Shown here in pieces: positions 9,001 through 19,277 of a DNA stretch of 64,000 nucleotides (positions are counted from its first letter, which is position 1; each line of letters begins with the position of its first letter). The notes beneath the pieces are model-generated. The model had not been told where the DNA came from, searched no databases, and worked only from the letters and a program-made list of their open reading frames with translations. The DNA is taken from positions 7,029 to 71,028 of IMG/VR virus record IMGVR_UViG_3300044825_002033; one strand, written 5' to 3'. The position numbers and the translations under genes are program-made. This DNA is from a virus.

Positions 9001-11838
9001 TCATACATTTGTTGCTTGTCCTTGAGTTCCTCTCACTGCATTTGCAACAGAACTTGATGCTGCAAGACCTTCACGAGCAACACTTAATGCTGCTCCAGGA
9101 ATTGTTGTTCTTGTATCAGTATAATAAGAAATTTTTTCCATTGTTGATTTTATAATACCATCCCATCCTCCACCAAAGTATCCTGCTGTTGAATTTCCTG
9201 TCGCACCAAGAAGGTTACGACCAGTGCTTAAGTTTGCACTAGGTACTGCCTCTGTTGTATCCGTTGAATAGGTGACCTTATCCATTGTTGTGAAAGTAAA
9301 ACCACCTCCAAAGTATCCAAATGAAGAATTACCTGTTGCAGCAAGATTACTACGGGCAAGACTTAAATTGCCACCAGGGATTCTTGCAGTGGTATCAGTT
9401 GAATAAGTGACCTTGTTCATTGTAGATCTTGGACCAGGACCACCACCAAAGTATCCAAATGAAAAATTACCTGTTGCAGCAAGATTATAACTTGCCGCAC
9501 TTAATGCTGCACCAGGAACTGCTACTGTGGTATCTGATGAATAAGTGACCTTATCCATTGTTGATACTGGGCCAGGAGCTCCACCACCAAAGTATCCTGC
9601 TATTGAATTGCCTGTTGCAGCAAGACGATTACGAGCAGCACTTAATGAAGCACCAGGAACTGCTACTGTGGTATCAGTTGAATAAGTGACCTTATCCATT
9701 GTTGAATACAATGATGGACCCGGAGAAATTCCACCACCAAAGTATCCTGCGATTGAAGATCCTGTTGCTGCAATATAAGTACGAATAACAGTTATTCCAG
9801 TTCCAGGAACTGCAGCAGTAGTATCTGATGAATAGGATAACTTATCTATTGTTGAATAATATGAACTGGCAAAAGCAGCAGCACCACCACCAAAGTATCC
9901 ACTATTGCCTTGAATTGCTTGAGGTGAGAGTGTGATGTCCTGTTGGGGTATTGCGTTTGCTGTAGAACTTGATGCTGCAAGATAAGCACGAGCAGCACTT
10001 AATGCTGCACCTGGAACTGCTGCTGTTGTATCAGTGGAATAAGTGACCTTATCCATTGTTGAATATGAAGGAGCACCACCACCAAAGTATCCAGCACTCG
10101 AATTACCTGTTGCAGCAAGACCATTACGAGCAACACTTAAGTTTGCACCAGGAACTGTTGATCTTGTATCAGTTGAATAAGTAACCTTATCTATTGTTGA
10201 TGATGTAGGAGAACCACCACCAAAGTATCCAGATGTTGAGTTTCCTGTTGCTGCTAATTGTTGACGAGCAACACTTAATGCTGCTCCGGGAACTGCTGCT
10301 GTGGTATCAGTGGAATAAGTGACCTTATCCATTGTTGATCTTGGACCAGGAATACCTCCACCAAAGTATCCTGCAGTTAAAGATCCTGTTGCAGCAAGAG
10401 CACTTCGAGCAACACTTAATGCTGCTCCGGGAACTGCTGCTGTGGTATCAGTGAAATAAGTAACCTTATCCATTGTTGAATAGGCGGTACTAACAAAACC
10501 ACCACCAAAGTATCCTGCACTTGAATTACCTGTTGCAGCAAGACTATCACGAGCAACACTTAATGCTGCTCCGGGAACTGCTACTGTGGTATCTGATGAA
10601 TAAGTAACCTTATCCATTGTTGAACGTAAAGGACTACTACCACCACCAAAGTATCCAGATGTTGAGTTTCCTGTTGCTGCTAGACGACTACGAGCAACAC
10701 TTAATGCTGCTCCGGGAACTGCTGCTGTGGTGTCAGTTGAATAAGTAACCTTATCCATTGTTGATAATGGACCACTACCACCACCAAAATACCCAGAATT
10801 AAATGAAGATCCTTTAGATACAAAATTTCTACTACTTCTTAAGTCTGCTGCTGGTAATGCGTTGGCTCTTGCACTTGATGCCGCAAGAGAACTTCGAGCA
10901 ACACTTAATGCTGCTCCTGGAACTGCTGCTGTGGTATCTGATGAATAAGTAACCTTATCCATTGTCGAGAGTGGACCACCAAAAACAGCACCACCACCAA
11001 AATATCCTGCTATTGAATTGCCGGTTGCAGCAAGACCATAACGAACAGCACTTAATGATGCACCAGGAACTAGTGCAGTGGTATCTAATGAATAAGTAAT
11101 TTTATCAACATTTGATAAAGATGGAGAAGGACCACCACCAACAAAATATCCTGCTATTGAGTTTCCTGTTGCACCTGCCTGGAAACGCTCAACACTTAAA
11201 TTTCCAGTAGGAATTCTTGCTGTTGTATCCGTTGAATAAGTGACCTTATCCATTGTTGAATAATATATCGGACCACCAGTAGCAAAACCACCACCAAAAT
11301 AACCTGCTATTGAGTTTCCTGTTGCCGCAATACGACTACGACCATCACTTAATGCTGCACCAGGAACTGCTGCTGTGGTGTCAGTAGAATAAGTGACCTT
11401 ATCCATTGTTGATCTTGCACCTGGACCACCACCACCAAAGTATCCTGCTATTGAATTACCGGTTGCACCAGGACCATAACGAGCAGCACTCAATGCTGCT
11501 CCAGGAACTGCTACTGTGGTATCAGTGGAATAAATGACCTTATCCATTGTTGATACTGGGGCAGGAGTTCCACCACCAAAGTATCCTGCTATTGAATTGC
11601 CTGTTGCAGCAAGACGATTACGAGCAGCACTTAATGCTGCTCCAGGAAATGTTGCTGTGGTATCAGTTGAATAAGTGACCTTATCCATTGTTGAATACTC
11701 TGGAGAAGTACCACCACCAAAGTAACCAGTAAAAGGTGTTGGATCATTCGTCCATATTTCTTCAGGAGAAATCCAGGTATTTTTTCTTATTCTACTACGA
11801 ACATCAAGTAACCCGAAGACCCCTCTAGTATTAGGCAT
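9001..11838 (-). CDS. Kelch-like repeat protein B (18 blades), paralogue of A
   Basis: Same 3 x 6 architecture, linkers and C-terminus (AVRGTQGQATNV). Confidence 0.8.
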   Translation of the reverse strand: MPNTRGVFGLLDVRSRIRKNTWISPEEIWTNDPTPFTGYFGGGTSPEYSTMDKVTYSTDTTATFPGAALSAARNRLAATGNSIAGYFGGGTPAPVSTMDKVIYSTDTTVAVPGAALSAARYGPGATGNSIAGYFGGGGPGARSTMDKVTYSTDTTAAVPGAALSDGRSRIAATGNSIAGYFGGGFATGGPIYYSTMDKVTYSTDTTARIPTGNLSVERFQAGATGNSIAGYFVGGGPSPSLSNVDKITYSLDTTALVPGASLSAVRYGLAATGNSIAGYFGGGAVFGGPLSTMDKVTYSSDTTAAVPGAALSVARSSLAASSARANALPAADLRSSRNFVSKGSSFNSGYFGGGSGPLSTMDKVTYSTDTTAAVPGAALSVARSRLAATGNSTSGYFGGGSSPLRSTMDKVTYSSDTTVAVPGAALSVARDSLAATGNSSAGYFGGGFVSTAYSTMDKVTYFTDTTAAVPGAALSVARSALAATGSLTAGYFGGGIPGPRSTMDKVTYSTDTTAAVPGAALSVARQQLAATGNSTSGYFGGGSPTSSTIDKVTYSTDTRSTVPGANLSVARNGLAATGNSSAGYFGGGAPSYSTMDKVTYSTDTTAAVPGAALSAARAYLAASSSTANAIPQQDITLSPQAIQGNSGYFGGGAAAFASSYYSTIDKLSYSSDTTAAVPGTGITVIRTYIAATGSSIAGYFGGGISPGPSLYSTMDKVTYSTDTTVAVPGASLSAARNRLAATGNSIAGYFGGGAPGPVSTMDKVTYSSDTTVAVPGAALSAASYNLAATGNFSFGYFGGGPGPRSTMNKVTYSTDTTARIPGGNLSLARSNLAATGNSSFGYFGGGFTFTTMDKVTYSTDTTEAVPSANLSTGRNLLGATGNSTAGYFGGGWDGIIKSTMEKISYYTDTRTTIPGAALSVAREGLAASSSVANAVRGTQGQATNV

Positions 11839-11870
11839 TTTTTATAGTCGTCTTCCTATAAGCATAGTGT

Positions 11871-11877
11871 TATTTAT
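11871..11877 (-). promoter_or_regulatory. T4-type late promoter (ATAAATA) for repeat protein B
   Basis: tatttat on + strand in the 42-nt intergenic region. Confidence 0.6.
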
Positions 11878-11880
11878 TCT

Positions 11881-14748
11881 TTAAATCACTGTTGCTTGTG
11901 CTTGAGTTCCTCTTACTGCATTTGCTGTAGAACTTGATGCAGCTAGACTACTACGAGCAACACTTAATGCTGCTCCAGGAAATGTTGCTGTGGTATCAGT
12001 GGAATAAGTAACCTTATCCATTGTTGAATACTGACTAGAGGGAAGTTCATAACCACCACCAAAGTATCCTGCTGTTGAATTACCGGTTGCAGCAAGATTA
12101 TAACGAGCAACACTTAATGCTGCACCTGGAACTGCTACTGTGGTATCAGTAGAATAAGTGAGTTTATCCATTCTTGTTGTTTTGGGAGAATACCCACCAC
12201 CAAAGTATCCAACAGTTGAATTTCCGGTTGCACCAAGATAAGAACGACCAAAACTTAAGTTTGCTCCAGGAACCGCTGCTGTCGTATCTGATGAATAAGT
12301 GACCTTATCCATTGTTGATTCACTGCCAAAACCGCCACCAAAGTATCCCACTATTGAATTACCAGTTGCGGCAGAACCAAAACGAGCAACACTTAATCTT
12401 GCTCCGGGAACTGCTGCAGTGGTATCAGTGGAATAAGTAACCTTATCCATTGTTGAATGATATAACGGACCAGGACCACTGGGGGATCCGCCACCACCAA
12501 AGTATCCTGCTATTTGATTACCGGTTGCGGCATAATACCAACGACCAGAACTTAAGTTTGCTCCAGGAACTGCTACTGTGGTATCTGATGAATAAGTGAT
12601 CTTATCCATTGTTGTAACAACAGCACCGGGAGTAGTAGTACCACCACCAAAGTATCCTGCTACTGAGTTTCCTGTTGCAGCAAGATCACTACGAGAAACA
12701 CTTAATCTTGCTCCGGGAACTGCTGCTGCTGTGGTGTCAGTTGAATAAGTAATCTTATCCATTGTTGATCTTGTACCAGGACTAATACCTCCACCAAAGT
12801 ATCCAGTATTACCTTGAATTTCTTGAGGTGTTGTTGAGAAGTCCTGTTGGGGTATTGCGTTTGCTGTAGAACTTGATGCAGCAAGATAACCACGAGCAGC
12901 ACTTAATGCTGCTCCGGGAACTGCTGCTCTTGTATCAGATGAATAAGTGACTTTATCCGTTGTTGATCTTGAACCAGGATTACCACCACCACCAAAGTAT
13001 CCAGCAGTTGAGTTTCCTGTTGCGGCAAGATAACCACAGGCAACACTTAATACTGCTTCAGGAACTGCTGCTGTGGTATCAGTTGAATAAGTGACCTTTT
13101 CCATTGTTGAATAAAAACCGGGACTGCCTGGACCAAGGCCACCACCAAAGTATCCTGCAGTTGAATTGCCGGTTGCAGCAAGAGAATAACGAGCAACAGT
13201 TAAGTTTGCTCCAGGAACCGCTGCTGTGGTATCAGTTGAATAAGTGACCTTATCCATTGTTGATCTTGGACCAGGAAGACCACCACCAAAATAACCAGCA
13301 GTTGAGTTTCCTGTTGCTACTAAGTGTTGACGAGCAACACTTAATGCTGCTCCGGGAACTGCTGCTGTGGTATCAGTGGAATAAGTGACCTTATCCATTG
13401 TTGAATAGGATGCAGGACCAGTAGGCTCACCACCACCAAAATAACCAGCAGTTGAGTTTCCTGTTGCAGCAAGATTATAACGAGCAGCACTTAATGCTGC
13501 ACCAGGAACTGTTGTTCTTGTATCAGTTGAATAAGTAACCTTATCCATTGTTGAATAGGATGTAGGACCAGGAACAACAACAACACCACCACCAAAATAA
13601 CCTGCTACTGAGTTTCCTGTTGCAGCAAGAGCATAACGAGCAACACTTAATGCTGCTCCGGGAACTGCTGCTGTGGTATCAGTGAAATAAGTAACCTTAT
13701 CCATTGTTGAATAAGAGCTAAGACTAAAAAGACCACCACCAAAATACCCAGAATTAAATGAAGATCCTTTAGATATAAAGTTTCTACTACTTCTTAAGTC
13801 TGCTGCTGGTAATGCGTTGGCTCTTGCACTTGATGCTGCCAAATTACGACGACCAGCACTTAATGCTGCACCAGGAACTGCTACTGTTGTATCTGATGAA
13901 TAAGTAACCTTATCCATTGTTGATATATCGGTAAATCCTCCACCAAAATAACCTGCTATTGAGTTTCCTGTTGCAGCAAGATTAATACGAGCAACACTTA
14001 ATGCTGCACCAGGAACTGCTGTTGTGGTATCTGATGAATAAGTTAACTTATCCATTAATGAAGAACTACCACCACCACCAAAGTACCCTGCTATTGAGTT
14101 TCCCGTTGCTGCAAGTTGATTACGAGCAACACTTAATGCAGCACCAGGAACTGTTGATCTTGTATCAGTTGAATAAGTAACCTTATCTACTATTGTATCA
14201 CTACTAAAGTATCCTGCGATTGAGTTTCCTGTTGCGGCAAGATTAGAACGGGCAACACTTAATGATGCACCAGGAACTTGTGCTGTGGTATCTGATGAAT
14301 AAGTAACCTTATCCATTGTTGATCTTGGACCAGGAACACCGCCACCAAAGTAACCTGCAGTTGAATTACCGGTTGCTCCTAAATTACGACGAGCAACACT
14401 TAATGACGCACCAGGAACTGCTGCTGTGGTATCTGATGAATAAGTGACCTTATCCATTAATGAAGAACCACCACCACCACCAAAGTACCCTGCTATTGAG
14501 TTTCCTGTTGCAGAAAGACCATAACGAGCAGCACTTAATGCTGCACCAGGAATTGCTACTGTAGTATCAGTTGAATAAGTAACCTTATCCATTGTTGATA
14601 TAGATCCACCAGGACCTTGCCCACCGCCAAAGTAACCAGTAAAAGGTGTCGGATCATTTGTCCATACTTCTTCAGAAAAAATCCAATTGTTATCTTTAAT
14701 TTCTAACAGTATTTCCGATAAAACAAAAGTCCCCCTAGTTTCAACCAT
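11881..14748 (-). CDS. Kelch-like repeat protein C (18 blades), paralogue of A/B
   Basis: Same 3 x 6 architecture; start overlaps the upstream DUF6445-like gene. Confidence 0.8.
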   Translation of the reverse strand: MVETRGTFVLSEILLEIKDNNWIFSEEVWTNDPTPFTGYFGGGQGPGGSISTMDKVTYSTDTTVAIPGAALSAARYGLSATGNSIAGYFGGGGGSSLMDKVTYSSDTTAAVPGASLSVARRNLGATGNSTAGYFGGGVPGPRSTMDKVTYSSDTTAQVPGASLSVARSNLAATGNSIAGYFSSDTIVDKVTYSTDTRSTVPGAALSVARNQLAATGNSIAGYFGGGGSSSLMDKLTYSSDTTTAVPGAALSVARINLAATGNSIAGYFGGGFTDISTMDKVTYSSDTTVAVPGAALSAGRRNLAASSARANALPAADLRSSRNFISKGSSFNSGYFGGGLFSLSSYSTMDKVTYFTDTTAAVPGAALSVARYALAATGNSVAGYFGGGVVVVPGPTSYSTMDKVTYSTDTRTTVPGAALSAARYNLAATGNSTAGYFGGGEPTGPASYSTMDKVTYSTDTTAAVPGAALSVARQHLVATGNSTAGYFGGGLPGPRSTMDKVTYSTDTTAAVPGANLTVARYSLAATGNSTAGYFGGGLGPGSPGFYSTMEKVTYSTDTTAAVPEAVLSVACGYLAATGNSTAGYFGGGGNPGSRSTTDKVTYSSDTRAAVPGAALSAARGYLAASSSTANAIPQQDFSTTPQEIQGNTGYFGGGISPGTRSTMDKITYSTDTTAAAVPGARLSVSRSDLAATGNSVAGYFGGGTTTPGAVVTTMDKITYSSDTTVAVPGANLSSGRWYYAATGNQIAGYFGGGGSPSGPGPLYHSTMDKVTYSTDTTAAVPGARLSVARFGSAATGNSIVGYFGGGFGSESTMDKVTYSSDTTAAVPGANLSFGRSYLGATGNSTVGYFGGGYSPKTTRMDKLTYSTDTTVAVPGAALSVARYNLAATGNSTAGYFGGGYELPSSQYSTMDKVTYSTDTTATFPGAALSVARSSLAASSSTANAVRGTQAQATVI

Positions 14749-15247
14749 TTTTTATAATTATCTTCTGAAAGAGCATAGAATTATTTAGATTAGTAGCATA
14801 AGAATGCCATAAATTACTTCTAAATAAGACCATTCGATTGTACTTTGCAACAATATTTCCATACTCTTTCCATAAACTCAAATCAGAATTAAAGATTTCT
14901 AAAAGATTACTTTCATTAATCTGATATTTATTCATTTCTTCTGAAGTTGGAAATGTTTCAAGTCCTGTTGCAAGGTGCGAATAAAACTTAATTCCAGTCT
15001 CTCCAAATGATTGCATTGGCAATGTCAGATAAATGACTGCAATCCAATCAGATCTAAGATGTGCTACAACACCAGAATCACCACCAACTTCATTAGTTGC
15101 ACAAATGATTTCAATGGGATTTCCTATAACTTCTGTAATTTTACTCACAGTTTCGTCAGTAATCACACATTGATTCTCAAAAAAACCTTTATGATATTGG
15201 TGTGGAATATCATAAAGGTTATCAACTATAATAATATGTTCTCTCAT
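14741..15247 (-). CDS. DUF6445-like protein (shorter, divergent paralogue of 5409..6023)
   Basis: IIIVDNLY..P, WIAVIYL...GIKFY, KYNRMVLFRSNLWHS. Confidence 0.65.
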   Translation of the reverse strand: MREHIIIVDNLYDIPHQYHKGFFENQCVITDETVSKITEVIGNPIEIICATNEVGGDSGVVAHLRSDWIAVIYLTLPMQSFGETGIKFYSHLATGLETFPTSEEMNKYQINESNLLEIFNSDLSLWKEYGNIVAKYNRMVLFRSNLWHSYATNLNNSMLFQKIIIKNG

Positions 15248-16095
15248 CCTTGAGCGTTATTACCTTCGATTTGCTTCTGTTCTGCTGCAGGTTTGATTGC
15301 TGCACCATAACCTAGATCAGTACCGGTGAGTTTTTCATAACCTCTCATTACTTTACTTTGGAGATCATTAATAAACTCAAGTCTTCCTCTTTGGTCTAGA
15401 AGTTTATCCATAGGCAAATAACCTTCTTTAAAGTTATTTTTAGGATCAACCATTGCAGGAGCAGACGCACGACGCATTGCTTGAAGGTTTGCACCAGAAA
15501 TACCAGTCTGTGCTGCCATTAGATCGTCTAGTGCTTGCTCTGCAAGACGAGTATCCCAATACTCTTCATTCTCTGCCAGGAACTGCTCTCTTGTAGGAGG
15601 TGTGCCACCATTCTGTTCAACCAGTTTATCAAGCATCTTATCAAGATGCTGAAGTTGATGCAGACGATCACGAATCTCAAGTTCAGAACCTTTCAGATAA
15701 TGAGTCAGTTCTAGTTCTTCAAGGTCATACCAGCAGAGTTTTTTACCTCCACCAGGACCACCAGTTTCCCACATAATGGGTTGAGATTTATCTTTTCCGT
15801 CCCACTTATACTCAAACTCACGAACTTTCTCTTTCATTTCAATCAACTTGAACATATATCCTGCTGCCATAATACGGCGTTCTTTTAGGATATGCTCAAA
15901 TGATACGGAGATATTATGAGTGTTCAAACCAATGAACTTTTCAATCTGGAAGTTAGTTCTTCCTTGTGCCATTTCTTTGTCGCTTTCTTCCCAAGCAAAG
16001 ACGTTATCAGATGCTTGCTTTAGGAATTCATCGTTAAAAACAGCGTCTTGTGCATTGATTGGTGTATAAGTCAGTGCTGTGGTTTCTTCAGACAT
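15244..16095 (-). CDS. Hypothetical helical/coiled-coil protein
   Basis: 283-aa charged helical ORF; ATGA overlap with the next gene. Confidence 0.65.
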   Translation of the reverse strand: MSEETTALTYTPINAQDAVFNDEFLKQASDNVFAWEESDKEMAQGRTNFQIEKFIGLNTHNISVSFEHILKERRIMAAGYMFKLIEMKEKVREFEYKWDGKDKSQPIMWETGGPGGGKKLCWYDLEELELTHYLKGSELEIRDRLHQLQHLDKMLDKLVEQNGGTPPTREQFLAENEEYWDTRLAEQALDDLMAAQTGISGANLQAMRRASAPAMVDPKNNFKEGYLPMDKLLDQRGRLEFINDLQSKVMRGYEKLTGTDLGYGAAIKPAAEQKQIEGNNAQG

Positions 16096-16154
16096 AATTT
16101 TCTTTTCAAACTCATAAGTTATGTTGTATTATATAGGTACGTTTCAAAAAACTA

Positions 16155-17570
16155 TTATCTACTTAAAATTTTACCATTTATAACGATAAGATCCAAATTT
16201 GATTTTTTAAAAAAATTAAATGCTTCTTCCTCGGTTTCTAAAATAGGTTCTCCATTTCCATTTAAACTTGTATTTAATAAAACAGGAACATTGGTAATTT
16301 CTTCAAACTTTTTAATTAAATTATAGTAATGCAAATTTGTTTCCTTATTGATTGTTTGAAATCGTGCAGACCCATCAACGTGAGTGACAGCAGGAATTTT
16401 TTCTGGTTGTTTAACTTGTGCAGTATAGAGCATATATGGACTCGGAAAAGGAAAATCAAACCATTCTTGGAAATGTTCCTCCAACACAACAGGTGCAAAT
16501 GGGCGGAACCACTCACGATTTTTAATAACGTGGTTAATCAGTTCACGATTATGAAAATTTCTTGGATCTGCAAGAATAGAACGATTACCTAATGCTCTTG
16601 GTCCAAATTCAGATCTTCCTTGAAACCATCCAATAATTTTTCCATTTGCAATTTGATTAGCAATATAAGAATAATCTGGAGTTTCTATTTGATGATCTTT
16701 TCCAGTATAGCAAAGATCTTTTGATTGATAATTATATCGAGGTTCATTTAAAATATGATGTGCAACGTACAAAGCAGATCCTACTGAAGTTCCATCATCG
16801 CCACAAGCAGGAAAATGATGAAAATTTTTAAATTTAGATTGTCGAACTATCTTTGAATTTGCATTACAATTTAGAAATGATCCTCCAGATAAACAAAGAT
16901 TATTCGTTTTATTTTCAAGACTATCAAGATATCCTAAAACATCCTTTTCAAATACATCTTGAACTGTTGCAGCAACATTCATTTTGTGTTTGATTTCATT
17001 TGTATAAGATTTAAAATCAAAATTAAATGAAGTGCCATAAGATGCGAGACCCATAGTGGTTCCTGCCTTATGAAGTGCAGGACCTAATCCAAGTTTCTCA
17101 GTAACTTCCCCGTAGAGAACTCCTACCATTAACCCCGGACAATATTCGGCAGTAAGTTTACTCCCATTTCCATAAGCAATCAAAGAATTTGCTTCCAATT
17201 TTCCCATACTACAATCCATACTAAAACAATATGCTTCATTAAATGAACTTGTGTAATATGCGGAAGCACAGTGAGCAAGATGATGTGAAATAATATATGT
17301 TTTAATATCTTTACCTTTAATGCTTAATGAATCAACAAGATATTCGTTGCCAAATACTTCCTGTTTAAAATCATTAGTTGCTATGCAATCGATTTCATCT
17401 AAATTTATAGACGATGCCTCTAAGATATAATCGATGACTTCCTCAGTGAATGAAGAATCTTTTTTCTTTCTGGTGATTCTTTCAGTTGCAATCGCTGATA
17501 CTAATTTTCCATCTTTTACAACACATACTGATCCGTCGTGTCCGAAATTTAGTCCTAAAATAGTTGCCAT
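16155..17570 (-). CDS. Carbamoyltransferase (NodU/CmcH/TobZ family)
   Basis: GHDGS, ERITRKK, HHLAHCASAYY, GGSFLNCNAN, GRSEFGPRALGNRSILADP, REWFRPFAP, HVDGSARFQT, LLNTSLN. Confidence 0.95.
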   Translation of the reverse strand: MATILGLNFGHDGSVCVVKDGKLVSAIATERITRKKKDSSFTEEVIDYILEASSINLDEIDCIATNDFKQEVFGNEYLVDSLSIKGKDIKTYIISHHLAHCASAYYTSSFNEAYCFSMDCSMGKLEANSLIAYGNGSKLTAEYCPGLMVGVLYGEVTEKLGLGPALHKAGTTMGLASYGTSFNFDFKSYTNEIKHKMNVAATVQDVFEKDVLGYLDSLENKTNNLCLSGGSFLNCNANSKIVRQSKFKNFHHFPACGDDGTSVGSALYVAHHILNEPRYNYQSKDLCYTGKDHQIETPDYSYIANQIANGKIIGWFQGRSEFGPRALGNRSILADPRNFHNRELINHVIKNREWFRPFAPVVLEEHFQEWFDFPFPSPYMLYTAQVKQPEKIPAVTHVDGSARFQTINKETNLHYYNLIKKFEEITNVPVLLNTSLNGNGEPILETEEEAFNFFKKSNLDLIVINGKILSR

Positions 17571-17587
17571 AATACTTTACTTATATT

Positions 17588-19273
17588 CTAACTTTGCGAG
17601 AGTAATTGATTAGCTAAATTGGTTCCCCATTTTTTCTCAAAATATTTTTTTATTTTTTGTTCTCTTTGTATTGTTTTTTGTTTACTCTCACCACTTCTCC
17701 AAGTAGATTTTCCATAAAAATGAAGAAGATATGATGAAACATTAATACTCGTTTCAAATCCTAATTGAGACGCTCTTAATCGATAATCTATATCCTCCCC
17801 TCCACTTTCAAAATTTTCATCAAAGAATCCAACTTTTGATAATATTTGGTGTGGTATATAAAAACAATAATATGCTATCAGTGAATTATCAATTTTTATT
17901 TTTTCGCGATCGATAGTTTTTGCAAATTCATTTAATTCATTTTCTTTTCCAACATAATCTTCAAGATCCATTGCATATTCAATTTTTAAATCTTTACATC
18001 CACCCATTAATTTCTGATTTGACATTGGGATTAAAACTTTATTTTCGCAATCAAAATTTTGATTCCAGTTTTCTGTAAAAACAACGTCATTACTCAAACC
18101 AAAGAAGTCTACTTCATCAACTAGAGCAAGTTTCATTACAAAGTTCATATTCTCTGCAAATGTTTTTGCAGTGTTATTTGAGATCAGAGTAATTTGTTGT
18201 TGATAATCTGTCAGAGAATACTGTCCGTCATTATCAATCAAGAAAAACTTATCCTTTTCTCCCAATTCAGTATTCTGAAAGAAAGATTTAAGTGCAAGAT
18301 CAGTATACTTTTCAGTGCTCTTTGTACTTGTCATACAATAATACACTGGTCTCTTTTCAGTTTTATGATTTTGAACTGTATTAACTAGATTTTTCCATTG
18401 CTCTGCAATTTTCTTCCAATCATACTTTTCAGTTACATAATCCGAAATCAGTTTAGAGACTTCCTGATAAAACTTTGGTTTATTATCATAGTAATCCAGT
18501 GCTAAACAACAAGCATCAGCAAACTGGCGAATAAAATTATCGGTAACTTTCCAACCTTTTGATGTATTCTCACCTTCAATCGGAACCACAGTTGCATTCT
18601 TTTCGCCAGCAACTTCTGCAAGTGCTCCAATATCTGTAATGATTGGGTATGCACCACACTTCATTGCTTCAATCATCGAAACACCAAAGGTTTCTTCCCA
18701 GATGTTTGGGTGAATAAAGAATGCTGATTCCTGATAATGCTTCACCAACTCTTCACGATCAATCGCAGGAGAATATTCAACATTCGGAAGAGTCTTCAGA
18801 TACTCATAAAGTTCAATAAACTGATCATTCAATGGTCCATAAAGAGACATTGAAGAGAAGATCTTGAACTTTACATCTTGATGAACCTGAGAAATCAGAG
18901 GGATCACTTTAGATAATACTTCAAGACCTTTATAAGGAATTGAAGTGAAGATCATTGTCTTTGTTTTTTGAGTTGAATGTTGAAACATTTCGGCAACTCC
19001 ATTCGGAATCACTGAGATTTTATGTTCAGGAACATTCAGAAATCTTACAAGTTGATCTTTGTTCCACTGTGAAGGTGAAACAATATGATCCACAGTATTA
19101 TGATCGAAGTTCAAGAATACAGGTTGATCATAAGCGTGATGTGCCCATAGAATCTTGTATTGATGATTTGATTTTTTAATTTCTTCGGGTAAATGAGAAA
19201 CAAAAACATTTTCTGGAAATGTATAATGTTCCTGCAAATACAGATAAGACGTTTCAGTTGCTCCAGATTTCAT
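17588..19273 (-). CDS. Bifunctional glycosyltransferase (GT4-like N-domain + GT2-like C-domain)
   Basis: VIPNG, YKGL, EETFGVSMIEAM (ExxxxxxxE) in the N-half; LIDND, SNDV, VGFFDENF, GEDIDY..RA in the C-half. Confidence 0.85.
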   Translation of the reverse strand: MKSGATETSYLYLQEHYTFPENVFVSHLPEEIKKSNHQYKILWAHHAYDQPVFLNFDHNTVDHIVSPSQWNKDQLVRFLNVPEHKISVIPNGVAEMFQHSTQKTKTMIFTSIPYKGLEVLSKVIPLISQVHQDVKFKIFSSMSLYGPLNDQFIELYEYLKTLPNVEYSPAIDREELVKHYQESAFFIHPNIWEETFGVSMIEAMKCGAYPIITDIGALAEVAGEKNATVVPIEGENTSKGWKVTDNFIRQFADACCLALDYYDNKPKFYQEVSKLISDYVTEKYDWKKIAEQWKNLVNTVQNHKTEKRPVYYCMTSTKSTEKYTDLALKSFFQNTELGEKDKFFLIDNDGQYSLTDYQQQITLISNNTAKTFAENMNFVMKLALVDEVDFFGLSNDVVFTENWNQNFDCENKVLIPMSNQKLMGGCKDLKIEYAMDLEDYVGKENELNEFAKTIDREKIKIDNSLIAYYCFYIPHQILSKVGFFDENFESGGEDIDYRLRASQLGFETSINVSSYLLHFYGKSTWRSGESKQKTIQREQKIKKYFEKKWGTNLANQLLSQS

Positions 19274-19277
19274 AATA

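Noticed and set aside
6049-14748. CRISPR-like pattern of conserved repeats with variable spacers
   Set aside because: Period is ~130-150 nt, repeats are degenerate at codon third positions and stay in frame within long ORFs, and no cas operon is present
6049-14748. Diversity-generating retroelement targets (many variable codons are NNT)
   Set aside because: No reverse transcriptase or non-coding template repeat in the window; loops vary by indels and include CAA/AGA/CGA codons; NNT bias is expected from genome composition. An RT elsewhere in the genome cannot be excluded
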